Source of the DNA: Minisyncoccia bacterium
Lineage (GTDB): Bacteria; Patescibacteriota; Minisyncoccia; UBA6257; 2-01-FULL-56-20
Direction: 5' to 3'
Length of the DNA stretch: 56,149 bases
Assembly (NCBI GenBank): GCA_050008535.1
Contig: JBEKML010000002.1
Span: forward strand, 90,732 to 146,880
Shown: positions 47,885 through 56,149 of the stretch, in pieces
Numbering within the stretch: the first letter of the stretch is position 1
Layout of the letters: the number at the start of each line of letters is the position of its first letter
Made by a program: the position numbers and the translations under genes
The notes under the pieces: generated by a model
Told to the model about the DNA's origin: nothing
The model's database searches: none
Seen by the model: only the letters and a program-made list of their open reading frames with translations

Positions 47885-49108
47885 ATGCGCCAATCGGAGT
47901 TTTTTACGCGAATTGAGCGGAACGCGCCGAAGGACGAGGCGACGGTGAATGCCCAGCTTTTGGTCCGCGCGGGTTTTGTTTCAAAATTGATGGCAGGGGT
48001 GTATAGCTATCTGCCGCTCGGTTTGCGCGTTTTGAAGAAAATTGAAGCTATTGTCCGCGAAGAGATGGACGCGATCGGGGGGCAGGAGATCCTGATGCCC
48101 CAGCTTCATCCTAAAAGTATTTGGACGACGACGGGGGGCTGGGACAAAATAGACGTGCTTTTTAAGCTGAAGAGCCGGACGAAAAAAGAATATGCATTGG
48201 GCCAGAGCGAAGAGGAAGTGGTGACGCCGCTCGTCATGAAGTATGTGAAGAACTACAAAGACCTCCCGAAGGCCGTATACCAGATCCACTGGAAGTTCCG
48301 CGACGAGCTTCGTTCCAAGTCCGGCCTCCTGCGCGGCGTGGAATTTTACATGAAGGATATGTACAGTTTCCATGAGAATCAGGAGGATTTTGAGCGGTTT
48401 TACGGGGTGGTGAAGGCCGTGTATCTCAGGATTTTCAAGCGTTTGGGCCTTGTTGCCAAGGTAACCGAAGCATCCGGCGGCGCCTTCAGCGAAAAGATCT
48501 CCTATGAATTCATGGTGCTTACCGATGCGGGCGAAGACGATATTCTTTATTGCGACGCGTGCGAGTTCTGCGTGAACGCGGAGATCGCAAAAGAAAAAGA
48601 AGGGGCAAAATGTACGCGATGCGGCAAAGGGAAGTTGGCGCAGGCGAAGGCGTCCGAGGTGGGCAACGTGTTTGATCTTGGGCAAAAGTACGGAAAGGAC
48701 TTCGATCTTGCCTTTGTCGGGCGGGACGGGGAAAGACAATATCCGATCATGGGTTGCTATGGGATGGGTATCTCTCGGCTCATGGGGGTGATCGTCGAAA
48801 AGTATAGCGATGCGGCAGGTGTCATCTGGCCCGCAAGCGTGGCACCCTTCCGCGTCCATTTGCTCGCACTGAACGGTGCGGACGGTGAGGGGGCTTATAA
48901 GGCTTTACAAAAGGAGAAAATTGAAGTACTTTATGACGACCGGGACCTTTCGGCAGGCGAGAAGTTTGCGGAAGCGGACCTGATCGGCATCCCGTGGCGC
49001 CTGGTCGCAAGCCCGAAGCTCGGCGAGAAAATAGAGATGAAAAGGCGCGGCGAAAAAGAAGCAAAGATCGTGGAGATCGCAGAGGCAATAAAAATAATAG
49101 GAAAATAA
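47885..49108 (+). CDS. proS: proline--tRNA ligase (short, no INS editing domain)
   Basis: LLVRAGF, GVYSYLPLG, KFRDELR, F.MKDMYSF, MGCYGMGISR, anticodon-binding domain. Confidence 0.95.
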   Translation: MRQSEFFTRIERNAPKDEATVNAQLLVRAGFVSKLMAGVYSYLPLGLRVLKKIEAIVREEMDAIGGQEILMPQLHPKSIWTTTGGWDKIDVLFKLKSRTKKEYALGQSEEEVVTPLVMKYVKNYKDLPKAVYQIHWKFRDELRSKSGLLRGVEFYMKDMYSFHENQEDFERFYGVVKAVYLRIFKRLGLVAKVTEASGGAFSEKISYEFMVLTDAGEDDILYCDACEFCVNAEIAKEKEGAKCTRCGKGKLAQAKASEVGNVFDLGQKYGKDFDLAFVGRDGERQYPIMGCYGMGISRLMGVIVEKYSDAAGVIWPASVAPFRVHLLALNGADGEGAYKALQKEKIEVLYDDRDLSAGEKFAEADLIGIPWRLVASPKLGEKIEMKRRGEKEAKIVEIAEAIKIIGK

Positions 49109-50151
49109 TGGCTTTATTCGATAACATTTTCAAAGATATCGGCATTGACCTTGGCACGTCCAATTCGCTTATCTATCTGAAGAACAAAGGCATTGCGGTG
49201 AACGAACCATCCGTGGCGGCGATCAACACGAAAACGAACCACATCCTGGCGGTGGGCGACGAGGCGAAGAAAATGCTCGGCCGCACCCCCGCGCACATTA
49301 CGGTCGTGCGTCCCTTGGTGAACGGCGTCATTTCTGATTTTGAAATGACGGAGGAAATGTTGCGGCATTTTCTGCGCCGGCCGCAGGCAAGTCCCATCAC
49401 GTCCTATCGGCGCGCGATCCTCGCCATACCGAACCACTTGACGGAAGTTGAACGGAAATCGGTGGAAGACGCGGCATTGAACGCCGGCTGTTCAAAGGTA
49501 TACCTGGTGGAATCGCCGACCGCGGCGGCCCTCGGCGCCGGTTTGCCGATCATGGCGCCCTCGGCGAGCTTGATCGTGGACATCGGCGGCGGAACAACCG
49601 ACATCGCCGTCATTTCAATGGGCGGGACGGTGGTTTCGCAAACTTTAAAGATCGCGGGAGATCGCTTCAATGACGACATCATCCGCTTTGTGCGCGACGA
49701 ATTTCATTTGGCGATCGGGGAGCCCTCGGCGGAATTCGCAAAGATCGCGGTAGGGTCGGCGATCCCGATGGATGAACGCTTGGAGGTCCCGGTGCGCGGC
49801 CGCGACTTGACGAGCGGCCTGCCGCGCGAGATCAGCATGAAGAACAATCATGTGCGGGCAGCGCTTGCAAAATCGCTCCGCGCCGTGATCGATGCGGTGC
49901 ATGAAGTAATCGAAGCGACGCCGCCGGAGCTCGCGGGGGACGTGCTGCGGCAGGGGATCACGCTCTGTGGCGGAGGCGCCCTCCTTCGCGGGCTCGCCGA
50001 GCTTTTGGAAAAAGAGACCGGCGTTCCTGTCCGCATAGCGGAAGACCCGCTGACCTGCGTCGCCCGCGGCTTGGGCCAGATGGTGGATGATTTTGAAACG
50101 CACCGCGAACTTTTGGACAACCCCCTGAAACCCTTGTCAATCAACCTTTAA
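49108..50151 (+). CDS. mreB: rod shape-determining protein MreB
   Basis: IGIDLGT, NEPSVAA, VDIGGGTTD, TPPELAGD, GGGALL. Confidence 0.97.
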   Translation: MALFDNIFKDIGIDLGTSNSLIYLKNKGIAVNEPSVAAINTKTNHILAVGDEAKKMLGRTPAHITVVRPLVNGVISDFEMTEEMLRHFLRRPQASPITSYRRAILAIPNHLTEVERKSVEDAALNAGCSKVYLVESPTAAALGAGLPIMAPSASLIVDIGGGTTDIAVISMGGTVVSQTLKIAGDRFNDDIIRFVRDEFHLAIGEPSAEFAKIAVGSAIPMDERLEVPVRGRDLTSGLPREISMKNNHVRAALAKSLRAVIDAVHEVIEATPPELAGDVLRQGITLCGGGALLRGLAELLEKETGVPVRIAEDPLTCVARGLGQMVDDFETHRELLDNPLKPLSINL

Positions 50152-50163
50152 TCTTCTTTTAAG

Positions 50164-50844
50164 GTGAGAAAGCGCGACAGTTTGTTTCTCATAGTATGCA
50201 TCGCGGTGCTGATCGCCCTTGTTTTTCTTATGCCGGAATACGGGTGGAAGATACAGACCTTTTTGCGCTCGAATTTCGGTTCGGCGACGCCGCAAGAAAA
50301 CAGCGCTGCGGACCTTATGGCGCAAAACGAGGCGCTCAAGGCGCAGCTCGCGGAATTACAAAGCGTTGCCGCGCAATTGCCCGCCGCGCCCTCCGATTAT
50401 CTCCGCGCGATAGTGTATTCGCGTTATCCGATGAATTTCAAGAACGAGATCCTGGTGAATGCGGGATCGGGAAGTGGCGTTCAGGCGGGGAAAGCGGTGG
50501 TCTTCAAGAGCATCTTCATCGGCACCGTGGAAAAGACCTTTTCGGATTCTGCGCTTGTCCAGACCGTTTTTGACAGCGGGTTCAAGATGCCGGTGCGGGT
50601 AGGCCAAAAAGGATATGACGCATTGTTTATGGGCGGTGCTTCTCCGAGGGCCGTATCCATCAAAAAGGATGCGGCGCTTGCGTCGGGTGATATCGTCTAT
50701 ACTGCGGCGAGCGGCTTCCCGTACGGCATGCCCGTCGCGGTCGTCGTGAGCACGAGCACCTCGCCCGACAATCTTTTTGAAGAGGCCACCCTTGGCTTCG
50801 CCTACGACGTGAATGCCGTCCAGACCGTTCTTATTGCACGATGA
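50164..50844 (+). CDS. mreC: rod shape-determining protein MreC
   Basis: TM, short coiled coil, beta domain (NAGS..GV..G..V, GDIVYT..G.PYG); follows mreB. Confidence 0.88.
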   Translation: MRKRDSLFLIVCIAVLIALVFLMPEYGWKIQTFLRSNFGSATPQENSAADLMAQNEALKAQLAELQSVAAQLPAAPSDYLRAIVYSRYPMNFKNEILVNAGSGSGVQAGKAVVFKSIFIGTVEKTFSDSALVQTVFDSGFKMPVRVGQKGYDALFMGGASPRAVSIKKDAALASGDIVYTAASGFPYGMPVAVVVSTSTSPDNLFEEATLGFAYDVNAVQTVLIAR

Positions 50845-51278
50845 TACTTAAATTATCCGCCGGTTTTGTCGTGCTCCTGATCGCCGCCGTGCTCCAATTT
50901 TTCTTCGCTTCGGCGGAGATCCTCCTTAATTTTTCTTTTGCGGCGCTTATCACCTTCGCTTTTGTTTTTGGATTTTGGGAGCTCCTCGTGCTCGTCATAT
51001 TCACCGTTTTCATCGCGAATTGGCAGCCGGGGCCGAGCGTGGAAATCTTCATTCTTGCAGCGTTTCCCCTCACGGTCTATTTCTGTCGCAATCTTCTCCG
51101 TTGGAAAACATGGCTGGAAAATTTTTTGGCGATAGCGCTCGGATACCTTCTGCTTTATTGCGGCGCGGCGCCCGCCCGGATCTTGCACGAGTGGCCGTCG
51201 CTCTTTGCGAACATCGCGGCAGGAATTCTTTTTAGCGCGCTCGTCTTTTTCCCGCTCTACCGATGGGGGAAGGAATAA
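50841..51278 (+). CDS. mreD: MreD-like membrane protein
   Basis: Almost entirely hydrophobic; position between mreC and mrdA. Confidence 0.6.
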   Translation: MILKLSAGFVVLLIAAVLQFFFASAEILLNFSFAALITFAFVFGFWELLVLVIFTVFIANWQPGPSVEIFILAAFPLTVYFCRNLLRWKTWLENFLAIALGYLLLYCGAAPARILHEWPSLFANIAAGILFSALVFFPLYRWGKE

Positions 51279-51294
51279 GCTATGCTAAGAACCG

Positions 51295-53238
51295 ATGAAG
51301 AAGCATGGCGACGACATCGCTTTTGAGGATTCTCTGAACGACGATTGGCATCGTGATCTTGATATTGCGGAGGTTCCTATTGGGAACAGGCCGCTTTTTT
51401 ATCTCGGCATAGTGATCTTCTGCATCGTGCTTGCGGTCGTCGTGCGGATCGTCTATCTCAACTGGTCGGGCGGTTCCTACTATGCGGCGCGTGCAGAGGA
51501 TAACGTTGCGCAGTACGAAGAAAGTTCGGCGCCCCGGGGGATGATCTATGACCGCGAAGGAACGGTGCTTGCGGAAAGCAAGACGGCATTCGCGGCGGTA
51601 CTTGATGCGCGCGAGTTCGTGAATAATGAATCGATTCGTGCCGATACGGTCCGCGTCGCAGAGAATATCCTTGGCATTTCTCCCGCCGATCTTGCCGACC
51701 GCATGAACCAGGCAAGTGCCCATGATTTTGCGACGCCCATCGTCCTCGCGGAAAACCTTACCCAAAACGAGCTGGTGAATCTCCAGGCGGCCGACCTCCC
51801 GACAATAAAAATAGAAGATGATTTTGTCCGCAACTATCCCCAGGGCGCCGTTTTTTCTTCCGTGGTCGGCTACACGGGACGTGTGAGCCAGAACGACCTC
51901 AAGGCGAATCCGGCGCTCGGCGGCAACGATTTTATCGGGAAAACGGGGATAGAAGCGTTTTATGACGGCGAACTTCGCGGGAAGCCGGGGGTCACGGTGC
52001 AATATAAGAACGCGCAAGGGCAAGTGCTCCGCGAGGAAAAGCGGTCGATGCCGCAGGCCGGTGATTCGCTCCGCCTTACGATCGACGGCGGACTGCAATC
52101 GTATTTTGCTTCACGGCTCGCAAGCGGCCTTCGGTCGCTCGGGAGGACGGTCGGCATCGGCCTCGCGATAGATCCGCGGACCGGAGCGGTGCTCTCGCTC
52201 GTGAATCTTCCCGGGTTCGACGACAATCTTTTTTCAAAAACGGGCACAAGCACGGCGGCCGCGCTTTCGCAACTTTTTTCTTCTCCCGACAAGCCGCTCT
52301 TCAACCGTGTGGTGAACGGTTTTTACAATCCCGGTTCCACCATTAAGCCGTTGGACGCCGTCGCGGCGCTCAAGGAAAACGTGATCGATCCGAACCGCAC
52401 TATTTTTTCTCCCGGCTATCTTTTGGTGCCCAATCCGTACAATTCCTCCACGCCAAGCAAATATTTGGATTGGCGCTATCAGGGAAATGTGAACCTTGCG
52501 TCGGCACTTGCGCAATCGTCCGACGTTTATTTCTACGTTACCATGGGCGGATCGCCCTTGATGAGTACGCCGCCGTTGAACGATCCAAGCGATTACGGCA
52601 TCGCGGGCCTGGGCATCAGCCGGTTGTATCAATGGTGGCAAACCTTTGGCTTGGGAAAGCCGACGGGCATAGATATGCCGAGCGAGTCAGAGGGATTTCT
52701 TCCGACGCCGGATTGGAAACAAAAACGTTTCGGCACGCCGTGGCTCCTCGGCGATACCTATAACGTTGCGATCGGCCAGGGCGACCTGCTTTTGAGCCCG
52801 GTGCAGCTCCTGGATTATATTTCCGCCATCGGGAACGGGGGAAGAATATACCGGCCGTTTCTCAATGCGTCGTCCACGCCGCAGGTCGCGGAAGACCTTA
52901 CCGCTCTTCTCCCGCAGATCCAAGAGGTACAAAAAGGCATGAGGGCGGGTGTGGCGTCGCCGCAGGGAACGGCCTACACGCTCCACGATCTTCCGATGAA
53001 CGTCTGCGCGAAGACCGGCAGCGCGCAAGTGCAAAACAATGCGCAGGAAAACGCGCTCTTCGTGGGCTACGCGCCGTGCAACGATCCGCAGATCGTGCTG
53101 CTTGTCCTTATTGAAAATTCAAAAGAGGGAAGCTTGAACGCCGTGCCGATAGCAAAGGACGTGCTGAATTGGTATTATTGGAATAGGATCGCGAAGGCGC
53201 CGCCCGCGAGCGCCACGACGACCCAAGCCAGCCAATAA
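51295..53238 (+). CDS. mrdA: penicillin-binding protein 2
   Basis: TM, APRG.IYDR, STIK, SSD, KTG motifs. Confidence 0.93.
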   Translation: MKKHGDDIAFEDSLNDDWHRDLDIAEVPIGNRPLFYLGIVIFCIVLAVVVRIVYLNWSGGSYYAARAEDNVAQYEESSAPRGMIYDREGTVLAESKTAFAAVLDAREFVNNESIRADTVRVAENILGISPADLADRMNQASAHDFATPIVLAENLTQNELVNLQAADLPTIKIEDDFVRNYPQGAVFSSVVGYTGRVSQNDLKANPALGGNDFIGKTGIEAFYDGELRGKPGVTVQYKNAQGQVLREEKRSMPQAGDSLRLTIDGGLQSYFASRLASGLRSLGRTVGIGLAIDPRTGAVLSLVNLPGFDDNLFSKTGTSTAAALSQLFSSPDKPLFNRVVNGFYNPGSTIKPLDAVAALKENVIDPNRTIFSPGYLLVPNPYNSSTPSKYLDWRYQGNVNLASALAQSSDVYFYVTMGGSPLMSTPPLNDPSDYGIAGLGISRLYQWWQTFGLGKPTGIDMPSESEGFLPTPDWKQKRFGTPWLLGDTYNVAIGQGDLLLSPVQLLDYISAIGNGGRIYRPFLNASSTPQVAEDLTALLPQIQEVQKGMRAGVASPQGTAYTLHDLPMNVCAKTGSAQVQNNAQENALFVGYAPCNDPQIVLLVLIENSKEGSLNAVPIAKDVLNWYYWNRIAKAPPASATTTQASQ

Positions 53239-53244
53239 CTTTCT

Positions 53245-54258
53245 ATGAGCGAACTTCGAGAAGATCCGGTATCCGGCGATTGGATCATTTTGGCGCCCGG
53301 GCGCGCGAAGCGGCCCGAGGAGCTTTTGAAGCGCCGGCAACCGCGCACGCAATCGCCCCGCGCGAGCTGCCCCTTTGAAAATCTGCAAAAATCGGGCAAC
53401 TGGCCGCCTATCGCGCTCTATCCTTCGTCCGATAAGTGGAAAGTTGCCATTATCCAAAATAAATATCCTGCGCTCGCGCATAGCAAAAAGCATGCCGTCG
53501 ATACTTCGAGTGGGATATACCACGCAAAGGCCGGCGTGGGCAGCCACGAGATCGTGATAACCCGGGACCACCGGAAGAATTTTGCGGAACTCACCCCGCG
53601 CGCGGCAAAAGAACTTTTTATGATCATTCAGGCGCGGCACCGGGCGATCGCAAAGGATGGGTGCGGCACCTATATCACCACATTCTTCAATTGGGGGCGC
53701 GAGGCGGGGGCATCGCTTGCGCATCCTCATTACCAGATCCTCGCGCTTCCTATCGTTCCGCCTCACGCCGTTCATTCGATCTCCGGCGCCATGCGGTATT
53801 TCAAAAAACACCGCCGCTGCGTGCGGTGCGCCGTCATTGCCGCCGAACGCAAGAAAAAAGAAAGGGTGGTTGCGGAGAATAAGAACGCGATCGCAATCGC
53901 ACCCTACGCTTCAAAGCGCCCCTTTGAGGTGAGCATCTTTCCGAAGGCGCACGCGCCCTATTTCACAAAAACCTCGCGGGAGGTCGTTTCCGACGTTGCC
54001 GCACTGCTGCAATCGGTCATGCAGCGGATGAAAAAACATCTTCATGACCCCGACCTTAACTTTTTCATCCACGACGCGCCGGCCGATGGCCGCGCCTATC
54101 CGTATCACCATTGGCACGTTGAAGTGATCCCCACGAACGTGATCTCTCCTCCCGGCGGATTCGAGGTTTCCACCATTATCAATATCAACGTGATAGATCC
54201 CGCGGCCGCCGCCGCGGTCCTCCGCGGCGGGAAGAGCGCCGGCAAGCGAACCACATGA
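53245..54258 (+). CDS. galT: galactose-1-phosphate uridylyltransferase family protein
   Basis: SELR.DP, RAKRP, CPF, NKYPAL, GASLAHPHYQ, GGFE. Confidence 0.88.
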   Translation: MSELREDPVSGDWIILAPGRAKRPEELLKRRQPRTQSPRASCPFENLQKSGNWPPIALYPSSDKWKVAIIQNKYPALAHSKKHAVDTSSGIYHAKAGVGSHEIVITRDHRKNFAELTPRAAKELFMIIQARHRAIAKDGCGTYITTFFNWGREAGASLAHPHYQILALPIVPPHAVHSISGAMRYFKKHRRCVRCAVIAAERKKKERVVAENKNAIAIAPYASKRPFEVSIFPKAHAPYFTKTSREVVSDVAALLQSVMQRMKKHLHDPDLNFFIHDAPADGRAYPYHHWHVEVIPTNVISPPGGFEVSTIININVIDPAAAAAVLRGGKSAGKRTT

Positions 54259-54608
54259 AATTTGTGAAGAAGATCCTGCGGCACCGGGCAGTCGGCGCAA
54301 CATCGCTTGCGGCGCTTCTTTTTGTTTTAGGCGGGGCGGTCTGGTCGCGTTCCATCCTGCGCCCCGTTTCGCGGAGCTCGCCGCTCATCGTCCATTTTAA
54401 CGACCTGCAGGGGATCACGGCCGTCGGCACGCCGGAAATACTTGTTTTCATGGCCATACTCGGGACGGTGGTCGTCATCGTGAATTTCATGATCGCGCTT
54501 GAACTTGACGAGCGGGACCGTTTTTTGGGGAAACTTATGGCGGCGGTCACCCTTGTGTTCGCCATCTTGCTTTTTATCGCTTTCGCTGCTATCATTAACG
54601 TCAATTAA
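54255..54608 (+). CDS. 3-TM hypothetical membrane protein
   Basis: Three hydrophobic segments, LIVHF loop; ATGA coupling to galT. Confidence 0.75.
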   Translation: MKFVKKILRHRAVGATSLAALLFVLGGAVWSRSILRPVSRSSPLIVHFNDLQGITAVGTPEILVFMAILGTVVVIVNFMIALELDERDRFLGKLMAAVTLVFAILLFIAFAAIINVN

Positions 54609-54612
54609 TGTC

Positions 54613-54924
54613 ATGGCAAAGGATTTCGCGATCATAGAGACCGGCGGGAAGCAATACAAGGTTTCTTCCGGCGAACGATTGAAAGTTGAGAAGCTCGCCG
54701 CACCGGACGGTGCCGTTGTTTTTGACAAGGTGCTTTTGCGGTCTGTGGCCGACCGCGTGGAGATCGGCGCGCCCTATCTTGCGGGCGCAACGGTGGGAGC
54801 GAAGCTTGTGAGTGAAGGCCGCGGCAAAAAAGTGATCGTTTTCAAATACCACTCAAAGACCCGTCAACGCAAGAAGAAAGGGCACCGGCAGGAATATTCG
54901 GAGGTGGAGATCGCAAATATCTAG
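54613..54924 (+). CDS. rplU: 50S ribosomal protein L21
   Basis: FAIIETGGKQYKV, IGAPYL, KKGHRQ. Confidence 0.97.
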   Translation: MAKDFAIIETGGKQYKVSSGERLKVEKLAAPDGAVVFDKVLLRSVADRVEIGAPYLAGATVGAKLVSEGRGKKVIVFKYHSKTRQRKKKGHRQEYSEVEIANI

Positions 54925-54933
54925 TACGTGCAG

Positions 54934-54963
54934 TTGACAAATAGCACAGAAATGTGCTATTTT
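54934..54963 (+). promoter_or_regulatory. promoter with an overlapping palindrome (possible operator)
   Basis: TTGACA at 54934; AAATAGCACA-gaaa-TGTGCTATTT spans the spacer and -10 region. Confidence 0.5.
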
Positions 54964-55016
54964 GGTACTTAGTAATCTTCGCTTGAACGACCGAGAAGCG
55001 GGAAAGGAGGCTTGTC

Positions 55017-55511
55017 ATGCTCTCGGCGCTTTTGTGGATCGTGCTGGTGGTACTCGTCGTCGTAATGGCGCTCCTGACAGTCTTTGAGGGACTCCTCTAT
55101 CTCGCCCTGCGTCGTCTTAGTACGGAAGACCGCCGTCAAGAGCGGCAACGGGAGCAGGAACGGGAAAGATGGCAGAAATGGCAGTACTGGCAGGAGCGGC
55201 AAGAACGGCGAAGGCGGGAAGGTAGTGCTGTTGCCATTGGCGGGCGGCAGGGACTTGGTCCGCACGATTCGGATCTTGATCCGAAGGTAGCTGCCGAAGC
55301 CGAAGGCGACTACTTGAGCGTCACCGCAATGGCCGAACTTGTCATCACGGCATGGAAAAACGGCCTGGACTTGGGCGTCGAGGTGGACGATCTTCTCTAT
55401 CTCGTAGGGGCATACACCTACGCCCGGAGACGATTTCTCGCGACGCATCCGGGAAGCGTCTTACCCGACCTTGAACAGCAGCTCTTTATGATCGCCGCAG
55501 GCACGAAGTGA
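55017..55511 (+). CDS. hypothetical protein with an N-terminal TM and a Q/E/R/W-rich segment
   Basis: AAGGAGG SD; own promoter. Confidence 0.7.
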   Translation: MLSALLWIVLVVLVVVMALLTVFEGLLYLALRRLSTEDRRQERQREQERERWQKWQYWQERQERRRREGSAVAIGGRQGLGPHDSDLDPKVAAEAEGDYLSVTAMAELVITAWKNGLDLGVEVDDLLYLVGAYTYARRRFLATHPGSVLPDLEQQLFMIAAGTK

Positions 55512-55560
55512 AAATCGTGTGCCTGCGGCGCTTTGTTTTTACTCCGCGCGCGATGCGGGA

Positions 55561-56148
55561 TTATTGTATGAAAAATATCGGCGCGCGCGCGGGGATCTGG
55601 CTGATCTGGTCGGGGAGGAGATAGTGCACGTTCTTCGCCTGCTGTCCCTCCGGCAAAAAGGTGTCGGTAATGAAGATGGTCGTTTCGGCGGGCATAGGAA
55701 TGCCGCGGGTGAGGACGCCGCCGGCTTCAACGACCACGTATTTCGGCGTGCTCGCGGGGAGCGCGTTGATCTCGTACCCGATCGTAACGTAATCGGCGTT
55801 GAAGGCGCCGGACACGTTGGGGTCTTCTGCCCATTTCACAAAATAATCAACATAGGCGAAGGCAGCGGTACTCACCAAAAACAATGCCACGATAATAGCC
55901 GTGGCCGTCCGTCCCCAGTACGGTTTTATCAGCCGGTAGAGCCAGATGCCCGCGAGCGCCGACAAAATGATTGCGGGCGGAAGCATCAAGATGGAACGGA
56001 GCGCGTGGGGGATGCCCTCGTCGGAAAGCGCGGCGGGAAGCAGGGCGAGAATGAACCAGCAGAAAACGAGCAGAAGTCCGAAAAGCGGCGGGTTTTCCGA
56101 CAAAACACTTTTTTTTCGCGAATGACTACTCCGCCAATATTTCCGCAG
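55561..56148 (-). CDS. GT-C (ArnT/PMT-like) membrane glycosyltransferase, C-terminal part (truncated)
   Basis: TM segments with LPAALS..GIPHALRS....P motif; frame is open to the window edge. Confidence 0.65.
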   Translation of the reverse strand: MRKYWRSSHSRKKSVLSENPPLFGLLLVFCWFILALLPAALSDEGIPHALRSILMLPPAIILSALAGIWLYRLIKPYWGRTATAIIVALFLVSTAAFAYVDYFVKWAEDPNVSGAFNADYVTIGYEINALPASTPKYVVVEAGGVLTRGIPMPAETTIFITDTFLPEGQQAKNVHYLLPDQISQIPARAPIFFIQ

Positions 56149-56149
56149 C

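Noticed and set aside
54939-54962. Second CIRCE element
   Set aside because: TAGCAC/GTGCTA half-sites are present, but the spacing is far shorter than in CIRCE
1-56149. Alternative genetic code (UGA recoding)
   Set aside because: Conserved genes are full length under code 11, and TGA is used as a normal stop (ddl, ychF, cysS)

Overview
56 kb of bacterial chromosome. The gene repertoire suggests a Patescibacteria/CPR (Parcubacteria-like) genome; this is an inference from the short HrcA, hinge-less SMC, short ProRS and mostly SD-less starts. The right two-thirds (26.2-56.1 kb) is core: ychF, recR, dnaB, cysS, corA, CIRCE-hrcA-grpE-dnaK-(membrane gene)-dnaJ, tRNA-Lys, rnhB-rpmF-nusB-rnc-smc, tRNA-Ala, a DsbA-family gene, rpsP-khpA-efp, mnmA, proS, mreBCD-mrdA, galT and rplU. 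The left part is largely accessory: ddl (partial), PGI/PMI, an orphan sensor kinase, radC, a ~1690-aa orphan giant protein, a PilH/PilI/PilG-like ABC trio, an alpha/beta hydrolase and a repeat-containing secreted protein. An ~11.8-kb block of Shine-Dalgarno-led genes (14.4-26.2 kb) follows. It holds purH flanked by a perfect 53-bp direct repeat, a secreted penicillin/AHL-acylase-family enzyme and a five-gene operon: coiled-coil protein, 2TM+long helical (PspA-like?) protein, membrane-anchored solute-binding/OmpA fusion, ABC permease and ABC ATPase. That operon is the best candidate for an uncharacterised system. Also noted: a candidate ~135-nt ncRNA between efp and mnmA, a four-hairpin intercistronic RNA, a perfect 28-bp inverted repeat, and pervasive leaderless-type gene starts. 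All calls come from motif reading by eye; no database searches were run.
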